Shown piece by piece: positions 9,270-19,762 of a stretch of DNA of 62,122 nucleotides. Below the pieces are notes generated by a model that had not been told where the DNA came from, did no database searches, and saw only the letters and a program-made list of their open reading frames with translations. The stretch lies in assembly GCA_047628915.1 (NCBI GenBank), contig JBLHWB010000001.1, forward strand, positions 1 to 62,122, read 5' to 3'. The stretch comes from Porticoccus sp. (GTDB lineage: Bacteria > Pseudomonadota > Gammaproteobacteria > Pseudomonadales > CAWVSB01). The first letter of the stretch is position 1. Every line of letters starts with the position of its first letter. The position numbers and the translations under genes are program-made.

Positions 9270-12200
9270 ATGAGTAATGACACTTCGCAAACAGGATTGA
9301 TAGCCTGGTTTGCCCGTAATCATGTAGCGGCTAACTTGCTAATGTGGTTTATTATCATACTAGGTTCCTACTCTGCGTTTACCATTAAAAAAGCTATCTC
9401 GCCCGAGATTGAATCAAATCTTATTCGAGTTACCCAATTTTATCCTGGCGCTGCACCGGAAGAAGTTGAACAAGGCATAGTTCAAAAAATTGAAGAAGCG
9501 ATAAAAGATGTTGAGAGTATCAAAAGAATTGAGTCACGTTCTTATGAGTCTAATGCCCAAGTAAATATAGAAATCTTTGAAAGCATGGACGTTAATGCGG
9601 CATTAGATGAAGTAAAAATAGCGATTGATAGCATTTCTACTTTTCCTGAAGAGGCAGAAAAACCAGTAATGTCCATTGCAGAAATGGGCATACATGCGGT
9701 GCAGCTGCAGTTACATGGCAATTTGAATGAGTATTCTAGCAAACAGTTGGCCGAGCAAATAAAGCATGAACTGTTAGTAAATACCGAGGCCGCCAAGGTT
9801 ACTATTTTTGGTTCGCGTGACTATGAAATAACCGTAGAAGTACCTGAGTCACAGTTGCGAAAATACAACTTAACTTTAGGTGAAGTCGCTACTGCAATTA
9901 GAAATAATTCGCTTAATTTACCGGCCGGCTCAATCCGTACTGACTCTGGGCAGATTCTATTGAGAACCAAAGCTCAAGCTTATTGGCAGCACGGTTTCGA
10001 AGATATTTTGTTGCTATCGTCTAATGACGGTGTGCGAGTAAAACTGGGCGATATCGCCACTATTAACGATGCTTTTGTTGAAACCGACGGCTTTGCAACT
10101 TTTGATAATTCTCCCAGTGCTGCTTTAGTGATTTATGCGGTAGGTGATCAAGACGTTATTTCGGTCGGTACGTCGGTAAAAGACTATGTAGAGAAAAGAC
10201 GTGCTAGCTTGCCTGAAGGGGTAAAACTAGACTATTGGGCGGATACCACTTATTACTTAGATTCGCGATTGAATATGATGTTGAAAAACCTAGCGATGGG
10301 GGCATTGCTAGTGTTTTTTATCTTAGCCGTTTTTATGGAGCTAAAAATAGCGTTTTGGGTAATGTTAGGTTTGCCGCTATGTTTTCTAGGTGCTTTTATT
10401 TTATTACCTTTTGAACCTGCCGATGTCAGCATCAATATGATTAGTCTATTTGGCTTTATCTTAGTGTTGGGGATCGTGGTAGATGACGCAATTATTATCG
10501 GCGAAAGCGTTAACGATTATACCGAAAGACACGGGCATTCACTCGAAAACGTTGTCATTGGCGCTAAGAGGGTTGCTACTCCGGCAACCTTTGGTGTATT
10601 GACTACAATTGTCGCCTTTATGCCAACATTGTTTGTCGGCGGTCCATGGCGAAATATGCCTGCGGCCTGTGGTTATGTTGTTCTATTCTGCCTGATATTT
10701 TCGCTGATTGAGTCTAAATGGATATTGCCAAGTCATTTAGCAAATATGAATAAAGGGATGTTTAGGTGGATGAAAAGTAGGCGTCAGATGGCGTTTCAGC
10801 AACGTAATAATGCTCGTCTGCAGAGCTTTATTGCTAGAACATATCAACCGTTTTTAAAAAAATGTTTAGCCGTACGCTACACCACATTGTCGGTATTTGT
10901 TGGTGTATTGATTATTGTGCTGGCATTAATCGCGACTGGCTGGGTACGCTATGTTTTATTCTCAGATCAGCCCGGTGATTATATTCAAGTTAAGTTAGAG
11001 ATGGCTAGAGGAACGCCAGACTATAAAACCCGTGAGGCATTAGAGCGTATAGGTACTGCAATCGCCGAAATTGAGGGTCAATATAGCGAGCAACATGGCG
11101 ATGGCTTTATCAAACATATATTTGGTTATGGCGCCGAGGGTCGGGTTGGCGCGTTTATGATTGAATTGGAAAAAAACGAACAACGAGCAATTACTGACGT
11201 AGAAATACAGCAGCAATGGCGTGACAAAGTTGGTGATATTGTTGGTGCAAAAACGCTAGCGTTTATATCAGTTGATGACGACGACAATAGTGATATGTCA
11301 TTTAATTTAGTTGGCGACAATCCGGTTGAGTTAAAAGCGGCGGCAGCTGAGTTAACCACGTTTTTAGCAGCCTATGATGGTGTGTTTGATATTCGAAGCG
11401 GTGCTAGCGAGATCGTCAGTGAAATTCATATGGATATTAAACCGGGTGCAGAGGCGCTAGGGCTTACCTTAAGTGAATTAAGCGTCCAAGTACGTGAGGC
11501 TTTCTATGGTGCTGAAGCGCAGCGTATTCAACGTGACAAAGACGAAGTTAAAGTGATGGTGCGCTACCCGTTAAATCAGCGTAAAACGATTGCTGATTTA
11601 GAAAGCATGTATATTCGTACCAGCGATGGTAGAGAAGTACCTATTATGTCGGTAGCCACGCTTGAGATTAAACCTGGCTATGCCGAAATGATTCGGATTA
11701 ATAGGGAACCGGCTATTCCAATTTCTGCTGCCGCAGACAAAGCCGTTGTTGAGCCAGATCGAATCGTTAATGAAGTAGTTGAAGAATTCTTCCCTGAACT
11801 TTTTGAGCGCTATCCATCAGTTAAATATCGTCTCGACGGTATGAGTATTGAAAGCGTCAATATGCAAAACGACTTATTTACCGGTTTTGCTGTTGCCTTG
11901 TTTGGTATTTATGCTCTGTTAGCAATTCCGTTGCGTTCATATATGCAGCCATTAATTATCATGAGCGTCATTCCCTTTGGCGTTATTGGCGCAGTAGCGG
12001 GGCATATCATTATGGATATGGCAATAAGCATGATGTCTATTTTCGGTATTATTGCTTTGTCTGGGGTGGTAGTTAATGACAGCTTGATATTGGTGGACTT
12101 TATTAATCGCGCGGTTAATGAGGGTAAGTCTGTGTTGTCAGCCGTTATTGATGCTGGTAGTAGCCGTTTCCGAGCGATATTGATTACCTCTCTGACAACA

Positions 12201-12404
12201 TTTTTCGGCATATTTCCTATGCTGCTAGAAACCTCAGCCCAAGCTCAGTTTGTGTTGCCTATGGCAGTATCGCTAGCCTTTGGCATTGTTTTTGCCACTG
12301 TCATCTCACTAATAGTGGTGCCATGTTTATATCTTGTATTGGATGACTTTGGATTGATTGCTAAGAGCGATGATGATGTCGACACTGCGTTGGCCTCTGC
12401 TTAA
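9270..12404 (+). CDS. RND efflux transporter permease (AcrB/MdtB family)
   Basis: About 1044 aa with 12-TM topology and two large periplasmic loops. Proton-relay context VLGIVVDDAIIIGE, with the duplicated half showing LSGVVVNDSLILVD. ATG at 9270; the track starts at TTG 9267. Confidence 0.9.
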   Translation: MSNDTSQTGLIAWFARNHVAANLLMWFIIILGSYSAFTIKKAISPEIESNLIRVTQFYPGAAPEEVEQGIVQKIEEAIKDVESIKRIESRSYESNAQVNIEIFESMDVNAALDEVKIAIDSISTFPEEAEKPVMSIAEMGIHAVQLQLHGNLNEYSSKQLAEQIKHELLVNTEAAKVTIFGSRDYEITVEVPESQLRKYNLTLGEVATAIRNNSLNLPAGSIRTDSGQILLRTKAQAYWQHGFEDILLLSSNDGVRVKLGDIATINDAFVETDGFATFDNSPSAALVIYAVGDQDVISVGTSVKDYVEKRRASLPEGVKLDYWADTTYYLDSRLNMMLKNLAMGALLVFFILAVFMELKIAFWVMLGLPLCFLGAFILLPFEPADVSINMISLFGFILVLGIVVDDAIIIGESVNDYTERHGHSLENVVIGAKRVATPATFGVLTTIVAFMPTLFVGGPWRNMPAACGYVVLFCLIFSLIESKWILPSHLANMNKGMFRWMKSRRQMAFQQRNNARLQSFIARTYQPFLKKCLAVRYTTLSVFVGVLIIVLALIATGWVRYVLFSDQPGDYIQVKLEMARGTPDYKTREALERIGTAIAEIEGQYSEQHGDGFIKHIFGYGAEGRVGAFMIELEKNEQRAITDVEIQQQWRDKVGDIVGAKTLAFISVDDDDNSDMSFNLVGDNPVELKAAAAELTTFLAAYDGVFDIRSGASEIVSEIHMDIKPGAEALGLTLSELSVQVREAFYGAEAQRIQRDKDEVKVMVRYPLNQRKTIADLESMYIRTSDGREVPIMSVATLEIKPGYAEMIRINREPAIPISAAADKAVVEPDRIVNEVVEEFFPELFERYPSVKYRLDGMSIESVNMQNDLFTGFAVALFGIYALLAIPLRSYMQPLIIMSVIPFGVIGAVAGHIIMDMAISMMSIFGIIALSGVVVNDSLILVDFINRAVNEGKSVLSAVIDAGSSRFRAILITSLTTFFGIFPMLLETSAQAQFVLPMAVSLAFGIVFATVISLIVVPCLYLVLDDFGLIAKSDDDVDTALASA

Positions 12405-13483
12405 GTGCGGTTAAGCATTTTTTTGTCAGCGTTTGTGGTGATCTCTTTTAAGCTGGTGCCATCAATAGGGTAAATAGCGGTTCCCACGCTAGTGATGATT
12501 TCTATTTGCTGGCCCTCTATCTTTATAGTTCCCGATATTTGGGCAACTAACTTTTCTACGCTTTTTTGGACTTGTTCTTGGTTCTCAGGATTTATTGTTA
12601 GCAAGGCAAAACGAGTGCCGTATAAGCGCCCTAAGGTTTGATTTTCGCCTAGTACTTTATCTAAGCGATAAACTAAGCTTTTAAGTATTTTATCCCCAAA
12701 ATCATAACCATATTCATCATTTATTGATTTGAATTTTTCTATTCCGATAAAAGAATAAGCGAATCTTTGGTTTAAATTTCCGTCACTGTCAATAATATCG
12801 CTAACCAGTTCAGTTATTTTTTTATAGTTATATATCCCTGTCAGTTCATCATAATTAATCGTATGTAGAAGTTTGGACTGTTGTTTTAAAAGTATTTTTC
12901 TTTCGCGATAATATAAATAGGTGTAAAGATAACAGCAGATGGCAATAATAAAAATTGTGCCTATATAAATGTTGCGCTCGATCAGATATGCATGTTGGCT
13001 GCTAAAACCTTCAATGCCTACTTCTATATTAATAATGTTCTCTTTTAGTATTAGAATAACTATCGCCGCTGCAACGGCGATAGTCGTCCATGATTTTCCT
13101 GATTTCGGGCCTGCTATAAAGTAAGCCGCTATAGGAATGCCCAAGTAGTAGTAAGTTGTGAGGCCGTAAGCATTTAAGAATGCTAAGCTTGTCGCTAAAC
13201 CCGCAATAAAGAAACCCATTAGTAATAAGTTACAGCAGTTGTTTAACTTACCATTAAGTAGATATACCGATAGGCCTGCTGCGCTAAAGCAAAAAATCGT
13301 GATAAGCGTTGATAAACCAAAAAAAACATCAGGTTGAAATATTTTTAAAAAAACAATTAATATTAGCGATGCAGCGATGGATGTTAGAGTCAGATAAATG
13401 AAAAATTGATGTCGCATAATATCGTGGCTGTCGAAGTTCGCATGCCCCGCGATAAATCTATTTACAGTCGTTGAAAAATTCAT
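12401..13483 (-). CDS. Polytopic membrane protein with a degenerate GGDEF domain (YGTRF in place of GGDEF)
   Basis: The N-terminal ~200 aa are hydrophobic helices. The C-terminus aligns to GGDEF landmarks: YDELTGIYNYKK (D-x-LTGL-x-NRR), IEKFKSINDEYGYDFGDKIL (D-x-FK-x-IND-x-GH-x-GD), and LGRLYGTRFALL where R-x-GGDEF is expected. Confidence 0.75.
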   Translation of the reverse strand: MNFSTTVNRFIAGHANFDSHDIMRHQFFIYLTLTSIAASLILIVFLKIFQPDVFFGLSTLITIFCFSAAGLSVYLLNGKLNNCCNLLLMGFFIAGLATSLAFLNAYGLTTYYYLGIPIAAYFIAGPKSGKSWTTIAVAAAIVILILKENIINIEVGIEGFSSQHAYLIERNIYIGTIFIIAICCYLYTYLYYRERKILLKQQSKLLHTINYDELTGIYNYKKITELVSDIIDSDGNLNQRFAYSFIGIEKFKSINDEYGYDFGDKILKSLVYRLDKVLGENQTLGRLYGTRFALLTINPENQEQVQKSVEKLVAQISGTIKIEGQQIEIITSVGTAIYPIDGTSLKEITTNADKKMLNRT

Positions 13484-13484
13484 T

Positions 13485-14600
13485 TTAGAAATACTCAGTC
13501 TTAATTGTTTTCTTGGTGTAGTTTTTCATGGTTATAGCGCTAAGTTGCTCAAGAAGATCGCCGTCACGTTTAGTGTAAAAAATATACCCCGCGTCTACAT
13601 CTATCTCGGCAGTGTAGCCATTATATGCGACAGTCTCACAGACATCGTCTAATAGCTTTTCAAAAAACATTGTGATTTTTCTTTTGTCATTTGTCATTAT
13701 GATTATGACGAATTTAGTGCTAGATACTCTTCCGATAATATCCTTTTCACCTAGTAGAAAATTCATTCTAGCGGTAATGGTTAATAATATATCGTTGGTG
13801 AAATTTTGCCCATATTCATAGTTGAACTCTCTAAGGCCATTTATGTTTAGCGCAATAATACTGACTTTTTGTGCTAACGGGCTTGATTGGGCTTGTAGCT
13901 TATTGAATCTTGATATGAGTGCTTTCCGGCTATATATTTTCAGTAACGGATCTAGGTTTGACAGCTCTGCTAATATTTTACGAGTAGTTAAAATGTCTGT
14001 TTTTTTTACAGTTATTAGTTTTTCATAGTTAGAGCAGGCGAAAATAATCAGTAAATAGCTCGAGATATAAAAACTACTAATGATAATAATTGCTCTCTCA
14101 TCAGCCGCGATTGCTTCTATAGAATAGCTATCTAAGTCGTGCAAGTATAGAAGCACTGCCACCGTTAGAATGCCTATTAGACCATTAATGATTAGCGCGG
14201 ATCGACCTAAAACGAGTAATGACAATATTGGCAGTAGCAATATATAATAGGTTGGGTAATTAATGGTCACTACATAACTAAATGCAGGCAAAGCAAAGGA
14301 TACATAGAGTAACAAAGACACCATTATCCCAGTAATCTTCAGCGATTTAGTTTTTAAATAGAAAAAATTAACGGTGATAACCAGTATTAATAATACTGGC
14401 GGAATCACTGCGTTGAGTTGCAGGGCACTGCTAACATCGAAAAACAGGTAAAGGTAGCTGTCCAAAATAAGCAGTACAGTAATAAGGTCTAATAGCTTTA
14501 AGAACAATTTATGGCGTATTATAAGATAGTCATTTTTAGCTGAAATGCTGTCAATTACTGCGGCGCGATCATTAAAAAAACGTTTTGCGAGCGTGATCAT
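13485..14600 (-). CDS. Paralogous polytopic membrane protein with a degenerate GGDEF domain (SSTKF in place of GGDEF)
   Basis: Same architecture as the neighbouring gene, and a shared N-terminal signature (IIRHKLF versus IMRHQFF). GGDEF landmarks are degraded: DPLLKIYSRKAL, INGLREFNYEYGQNFTNDIL, IGRVSSTKFVIII. Its stop codon is 1 nt from the downstream start codon. Confidence 0.7.
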   Translation of the reverse strand: MITLAKRFFNDRAAVIDSISAKNDYLIIRHKLFLKLLDLITVLLILDSYLYLFFDVSSALQLNAVIPPVLLILVITVNFFYLKTKSLKITGIMVSLLLYVSFALPAFSYVVTINYPTYYILLLPILSLLVLGRSALIINGLIGILTVAVLLYLHDLDSYSIEAIAADERAIIIISSFYISSYLLIIFACSNYEKLITVKKTDILTTRKILAELSNLDPLLKIYSRKALISRFNKLQAQSSPLAQKVSIIALNINGLREFNYEYGQNFTNDILLTITARMNFLLGEKDIIGRVSSTKFVIIIMTNDKRKITMFFEKLLDDVCETVAYNGYTAEIDVDAGYIFYTKRDGDLLEQLSAITMKNYTKKTIKTEYF

Positions 14601-14712
14601 TTGTTAGTTGCCCTGTTCTTATAGCTACCTAAGGCTAATGATTATTTACTTATAGCATATATTGTTGTTGAATGGGCTTATATTTTGGTAATGGGGACTG
14701 GTTTTATCTTTT

Positions 14713-15141
14713 TTATTTGTGCCTTTCAACCACTGTATTTGCTGTGCCAGAAAATTCTGCAATCTCTACATTCCTGCCATCGGGGTCGGGGATAAACATC
14801 ATCATTACGCCTTCAACTTCAAACGGCTTTGGGGGGTTAAGTCCAGCGGCTTTAAGCGCAGCATGGGCTATTTGTATGTCGTCGACTGAAAACGCCGTCA
14901 TCGCAGTATCAGTGCTGCCATCGATCTGCACTGTGCCGCCTTCAGGATTGTTAAGTTCGATAAACTCAATGGCGCCGTTATCCGGCGTTTTACAGCCAAC
15001 CGCTCGACCAATACCGTCGGGGAGATCAATGTCAAAAATCACTTTAAGACCCAGCGTGTCACGATAAAATTGTAGAGTTTTTTCAATGTCGCTGACGCGA
15101 GTTGAAACGTGGGAAAAATTATTTACTGTAATAATTGACAT
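14713..15141 (-). CDS. VOC (glyoxalase/bleomycin-resistance/dioxygenase) family protein
   Basis: 142 aa with a typical VOC fold signature (FSHVSTRVSDIEKTLQFYRDTLGLK ... DPDGRNVEIAEF). Confidence 0.75.
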   Translation of the reverse strand: MSIITVNNFSHVSTRVSDIEKTLQFYRDTLGLKVIFDIDLPDGIGRAVGCKTPDNGAIEFIELNNPEGGTVQIDGSTDTAMTAFSVDDIQIAHAALKAAGLNPPKPFEVEGVMMMFIPDPDGRNVEIAEFSGTANTVVERHK

Positions 15142-15160
15142 AAGACCTCCGCTAGAGGCG

Positions 15161-15952
15161 TTACTTGCCAGTAAAGTTTGGTTTACGTTTTTCTAAAAAT
15201 GCTGCGATACCTTCTTTACCGTCGGTAGTCGCGGCCATCGTCGCAATGCCATTTGTTTCTAGTTGCAGCTGAGTTTCGTAGCCATTTTGAAAACTGCTCA
15301 TTAATAGATTTTTCACTTGTCCATAAGCAGTGCTTGGCCCTTTAGCTAACTGCGTAGCAAGCTCGTTTGCTCGCATCATAACATCTGCAGGTGGAACAAC
15401 TTCACTGACTAAGCCCCAGTCCAAGGCCTCGGCCGCACTGAGTACGCGGTTAGTGATCATCAGCTCCATGGCTTTTCGCATGCCCACTAATCTCGGCAGT
15501 ACATAGGTGCTTGATCCGTCTGGTGACAAGCCTGCCCCAGTGTAAGCTAAGGTATATTTGGCAGTATCAGCACTGATCGCAAAGTCCCCAGCGATGGCAA
15601 GGCTAAAGCCCGCGCCAGCAGCGGTGCCATTAATCGCGGTAATCACTGGTTTATTCATGCGGGCAAAATTGGATGTAGCGCTATGCAGTGCCGAGGTGAT
15701 CGTTCTTAGGCCGTCGGCAATTTTGTCGCCATAGGCCGCAAAGCTTGCTAAGTCGCCACCAGCCGAAAACATTTTTCCATTGCCAGTGATAATGACAGCA
15801 CGAATTGAATCGTCACTATAAATTTTGATGGAAGCATCATTGAGCTCTTCTGCCAAAGGGATATTAATACTGTTGGCTGCGTTAGGACGATTTAGAGTGA
15901 TTGTGGCGACGGCGTTATTGACTTCGTATTGAATGTTTTTGTAATCAGACAT
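15161..15952 (-). CDS. Enoyl-CoA hydratase/isomerase (crotonase) family protein
   Basis: 263 aa. Crotonase motifs: ATITLNRPNAANS, FSAGGDL, PVITAINGTAAGAGFSLAIAGD. Confidence 0.85.
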   Translation of the reverse strand: MSDYKNIQYEVNNAVATITLNRPNAANSINIPLAEELNDASIKIYSDDSIRAVIITGNGKMFSAGGDLASFAAYGDKIADGLRTITSALHSATSNFARMNKPVITAINGTAAGAGFSLAIAGDFAISADTAKYTLAYTGAGLSPDGSSTYVLPRLVGMRKAMELMITNRVLSAAEALDWGLVSEVVPPADVMMRANELATQLAKGPSTAYGQVKNLLMSSFQNGYETQLQLETNGIATMAATTDGKEGIAAFLEKRKPNFTGK

Positions 15953-16131
15953 AATGCTCTCAGATATTGGTGGTTTGATTTATAGCGTAGTAAATAATAA
16001 TAGCTGAATAGTAACCAATCTTGAGTAGGTCAGTCTATGCGGTATCCAGATAGTTAGCGAAGTGGCTATTTACTGAGGTAGGTGCTGACAAGTATCATGG
16101 CGACCTAATTTTTAGTAGGCAGTGCATTGGT

Positions 16132-17142
16132 ATGAGTAAAAGTCGAGTTTTAACCGGTATCACCACCACCGGTACGCCACACTTAGGTAATTATGTTGGC
16201 GCTATACGCCCAGCAATTACGGCGAGCAAGCAAAGTGATAATGAGAGTTTCTTTTTTTTGGCGGATTACCATGCCTTAATTAAATCCACTGATCCTAAAC
16301 TTGTGCAGCAATCGACCAAAGAAATTGCTGCTACTTGGTTAGCGTTGGGGTTGGATACTGATAAAACAGTGTTCTACCGCCAGTCTGATGTACCGGAAAT
16401 TACTGAGTTGTGCTGGATGCTAACCTGCGTTGCTGGCAAGGGTTTAATGAATCGCTCCCATGCCTATAAGGCGGCGGTAGATGCAAATCAAGAAAAAGGT
16501 GATGACGCTGACCTTGGTGTGACCATGGGTTTATTCAGTTATCCGATTTTGATGACTGCTGATATTCTTATGTTTAACGCCCACAAAATCCCAGTAGGCA
16601 AAGATCAACTCCAGCATTTAGAAATGGCTCGAGATATCGCTCAGCGATTTAATCATATTTATGGCGACCACTTTGTCTTACCTGAGGCCGTTGTGGGAGA
16701 TGATGAGTCGGTATTAGTGGGTTTAGATGGTCGTAAAATGAGTAAAAGCTACGGCAATACTATTCCATTGTTTTCGACTGAAAAGAAATTACAAAAATCG
16801 ATCAATAAAGTACTGACTAATTTATTAGCGCCAGGCGAGGCTAAAGATACCGATGATTCGGCGGTGTTTCAGCTGTGGCAGGCTTTTGCCAGTGAAGACC
16901 AAATTACCTATATGCGTGACCAATTTGCCGCCGGCATTGGTTGGGGTCAGGCCAAGAAAGAGCTATTTTCGTTAATCAATGAAGAAGTTAAGGACGCACG
17001 TGAGCGTTATAACGAGCTAATGGAAGATGGCGCTAAAATGGAACAGATTTTGCTGGCTGGTGCAGTGAAAGCACGTAAGGAAGCTAAGCCATTGATGGCG
17101 AAAATTCGCGAATCTGTCGGTATTGGCAGTCTTGCGCTTTAG
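16132..17142 (+). CDS. trpS: Tryptophan--tRNA ligase
   Basis: 336 aa class I aaRS. HIGH-type motif [14 protein letters not shown] present verbatim ([10 protein letters not shown]), and TrpRS-like length. Confidence 0.85.
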   Translation: MSKSRVLTGITTTGTPHLGNYVGAIRPAITASKQSDNESFFFLADYHALIKSTDPKLVQQSTKEIAATWLALGLDTDKTVFYRQSDVPEITELCWMLTCVAGKGLMNRSHAYKAAVDANQEKGDDADLGVTMGLFSYPILMTADILMFNAHKIPVGKDQLQHLEMARDIAQRFNHIYGDHFVLPEAVVGDDESVLVGLDGRKMSKSYGNTIPLFSTEKKLQKSINKVLTNLLAPGEAKDTDDSAVFQLWQAFASEDQITYMRDQFAAGIGWGQAKKELFSLINEEVKDARERYNELMEDGAKMEQILLAGAVKARKEAKPLMAKIRESVGIGSLAL

Positions 17143-17259
17143 TTTCTAATGGATAGCGAGGCGTTAAACAATTAAGGGATAGTAAGTTGAATTTGCTTAG
17201 TCGATAGGCGTTAATCCTCCCATCAAAATTATAACTAAAACTTCTATATGGGTGGTTTA

Positions 17260-18036
17260 ATGACAAGAGTAGCAGGCAAGGTTGCGATAGTAACAGGGGC
17301 AGGTAGTGGCATGGGTAGAGCCGATGCTATTTTGTTAGCAGAGCAAGGCGCTAAAGTTGTTGTTACTGATCTCAATTTAGCTAGCGTGGAAGAAACCGCT
17401 GGTATGATTGGCGATGCGGCCTTGGCCATCGCTCATAATGTGAGTAAAGAGGCCGACTGGGAAACAGTTATCGCCAGAACCATTGCGCACTTTGGGCGCT
17501 TAGATATCTTAGTTAATAATGCCGGTGTCATGAAAATGGGTAGTGTGGTTGATACAACACTTGAAGACTGGCATTTTGTTAATTCGGTTAATAGTGACGG
17601 CGTATTTTTAGGTTGCAAACACGCGATACCGGCAATGGAACAATGCGGAAATGGCGGCTCAATTATTAACATGTCATCGGTTGCCGCGCTACATGGGATG
17701 AGTTTTGTAGCCGCTTATTCAGCTTCAAAGGGCGCGGTAATGGCCTTAACTAAATCTGTCGCTATGTATTGCCGTGAAAATAATAATGGCATTCGCTGTA
17801 ACTCAATTCATCCTGATGGCGTAAAGACGCCGATGGTCGTGAAGGTATTTACGGGCCAAGATAGCGCTACCCGTGAAGAAATTGAGGCGATGCAGATTCC
17901 ATCCATGCCTATGGCTGAACCGGAAGATATTGCTAATTTGGTGCTGTATTTAGCCAGCGACGAGTCGCGTTTTATGAATGGCTCTGAAATGGTAATTGAT
18001 AACGCTGCCACTATCACGCCCCCCGCTATTGTTTAA
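17260..18036 (+). CDS. Short-chain dehydrogenase/reductase
   Basis: TGAGSGMG glycine motif, NNAG, and YSASKGAV (YxxxK). ATG at 17260 is preceded by GGGTGG. The track start at 17248 is an alternative. Confidence 0.85.
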   Translation: MTRVAGKVAIVTGAGSGMGRADAILLAEQGAKVVVTDLNLASVEETAGMIGDAALAIAHNVSKEADWETVIARTIAHFGRLDILVNNAGVMKMGSVVDTTLEDWHFVNSVNSDGVFLGCKHAIPAMEQCGNGGSIINMSSVAALHGMSFVAAYSASKGAVMALTKSVAMYCRENNNGIRCNSIHPDGVKTPMVVKVFTGQDSATREEIEAMQIPSMPMAEPEDIANLVLYLASDESRFMNGSEMVIDNAATITPPAIV

Positions 18037-18048
18037 CCAGAGCTCCTT

Positions 18049-18981
18049 ATGCCTTTAGATCCTGCTGCGAAATCTTTATTGGATTTGATTAATTCACTGG
18101 ATACCGCTCCGATGGCTGAAAAGACGCCACAAATGATGCGCGGCGGGATGAAATTACCAGCCGATGAAAATCCTGTCGAAATGGCTCAGATTGAGGATGT
18201 AGTGATTGCGGGCAGTGCTTCGTCTATCGATGCTAGGGTCTATGTGCCTCATAGCAATGTTGATCAGCTGCCACTTTGCCTGTTTTATCATGGTGGAGGT
18301 TTTGTGGTTGGCGATTTGGCTGACTATGACAGTTGGTGTCGCCGCGTCGCAGATAAAACAGGCGCTATTATTATTTCAGTTAACTACGCCTTGGCGCCTG
18401 AATATAAATTTCCGCAAGGGCCAGACGATTGTTATCAAGCTTTGTTGTGGGCTGAGTCCAATGCTGTTCACTACGGTGGAGATAAAAGCAAAATAGCAGT
18501 GATGGGTGATAGTGCTGGCGGCTGCATGGCGGCGGTTGTGTGTCAGCGGGCCGTAGTCGAACAAGGCCCGGCTATTTGTCATCAAGTATTAATTTATCCG
18601 GTAACAGATTTTAATTTTGACACTACGTCGTATATTAATAACGGTGAGGGATATTTTTTAACTCGTGAGCTAATGCAGTGGTTTTGGAATCACTATTTGG
18701 AGAACATTGAGCAAGGCGCTTTGCCGTATGCATCCCCCATTCGAAGTGAAAGCTTAAGTGGTTTGCCTAGCGCAACGGTGATTACGGCTGAATATGATCC
18801 TTTATTAGATGAAGGTAAAAACTACGCTGACAAACTAAGATCTCATGGGGTTAACACTACTTATCAAATGTACGAGGGTATGTTTCATGGCTTTGTTAGT
18901 TTTATTAATATGCTGCAGCAGGCGGATCAGTCGATAGAGTTTATTGCCAGCCAGTTACAGCAATCATTTAGCGAGGTTTAG
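18049..18981 (+). CDS. Alpha/beta hydrolase, hormone-sensitive-lipase-type esterase
   Basis: HGGGF oxyanion motif, GDSAGG nucleophile elbow, and a C-terminal His context MFHGF. Confidence 0.85.
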   Translation: MPLDPAAKSLLDLINSLDTAPMAEKTPQMMRGGMKLPADENPVEMAQIEDVVIAGSASSIDARVYVPHSNVDQLPLCLFYHGGGFVVGDLADYDSWCRRVADKTGAIIISVNYALAPEYKFPQGPDDCYQALLWAESNAVHYGGDKSKIAVMGDSAGGCMAAVVCQRAVVEQGPAICHQVLIYPVTDFNFDTTSYINNGEGYFLTRELMQWFWNHYLENIEQGALPYASPIRSESLSGLPSATVITAEYDPLLDEGKNYADKLRSHGVNTTYQMYEGMFHGFVSFINMLQQADQSIEFIASQLQQSFSEV

Positions 18982-18989
18982 CAAACACC

Positions 18990-19754
18990 ATGGGTATTTA
19001 TGCGTTAACAGGAGGTGCTACTGGCATTGGTGCCGCTATTAAGCAGCAGCTGATCGATGACGGGCATGAGCTTGTTGTTGTCGATATAAAAGATGCGGAT
19101 ATCATCGCTGACCTTGCTACCACTGCTGGTAGAGATAAGGCTATTGTGGCAATAACGGCGGCAGCGCCGAATGGTCTTGATGGTTTCGTGCCCTGCGCAG
19201 GTATAGCACCGGTTATTACCCCCTCATCACTTATTATCAGCGTAAACTTTTTTGGTGCCATAAATTTGGTCAAAGGCTTGAAGCCATTGCTGGTAAAACG
19301 CTCAGGCTCGGTAGTGTTGGTGTCGTCTAACTCGGCTCCCATGGGCTCAGATGAGCAAACAGTTGATGCCATGCTTGAGGGTGATGAAAGTGCAGCGTGT
19401 AAAAGGGCCGATGAAGTTGCTATAGGCCAAAGTGCCTACGGCGCATCAAAGCTAGCGTTGGCGCGCTGGATGCGCAGAAATACGGCTGAATATGCGCAAG
19501 CAGGAATACGAATAAATGCCGTTGCGCCAGGCGTTATTCAAACGCCAATGACTGATCAAGTTGCAGCTGATCCAGAATATGGTCAGTTAATTAAAGACTT
19601 TGCTGCTTCTATCCCAGTTGGCCGTTCAGGCACCCCGCAAGATATTGCTAACGCGGTATGCTTTATGCTGAGCGACAAAGCAGCATTTATGGCGGGGTCT
19701 GTTATGTTCGTAGATGGCGGCCATGATGCAATGCTGCGTTCAGACCAGTTTTAA
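18990..19754 (+). CDS. Short-chain dehydrogenase/reductase
   Basis: LTGGATGIGAA glycine motif and YGASKLAL (YxxxK). Third gene of a tight SDR-esterase-SDR operon. Confidence 0.8.
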   Translation: MGIYALTGGATGIGAAIKQQLIDDGHELVVVDIKDADIIADLATTAGRDKAIVAITAAAPNGLDGFVPCAGIAPVITPSSLIISVNFFGAINLVKGLKPLLVKRSGSVVLVSSNSAPMGSDEQTVDAMLEGDESAACKRADEVAIGQSAYGASKLALARWMRRNTAEYAQAGIRINAVAPGVIQTPMTDQVAADPEYGQLIKDFAASIPVGRSGTPQDIANAVCFMLSDKAAFMAGSVMFVDGGHDAMLRSDQF

Positions 19755-19762
19755 GACGCGAT

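Noticed and set aside
12401-14600. Calling the AT-rich GGDEF-like pair a genomic island or mobile element
   Set aside because: I found no integrase, transposase, tRNA attachment site or flanking direct repeats. The composition shift was judged only by eye. It is reported as a finding, not annotated as a mobile element.
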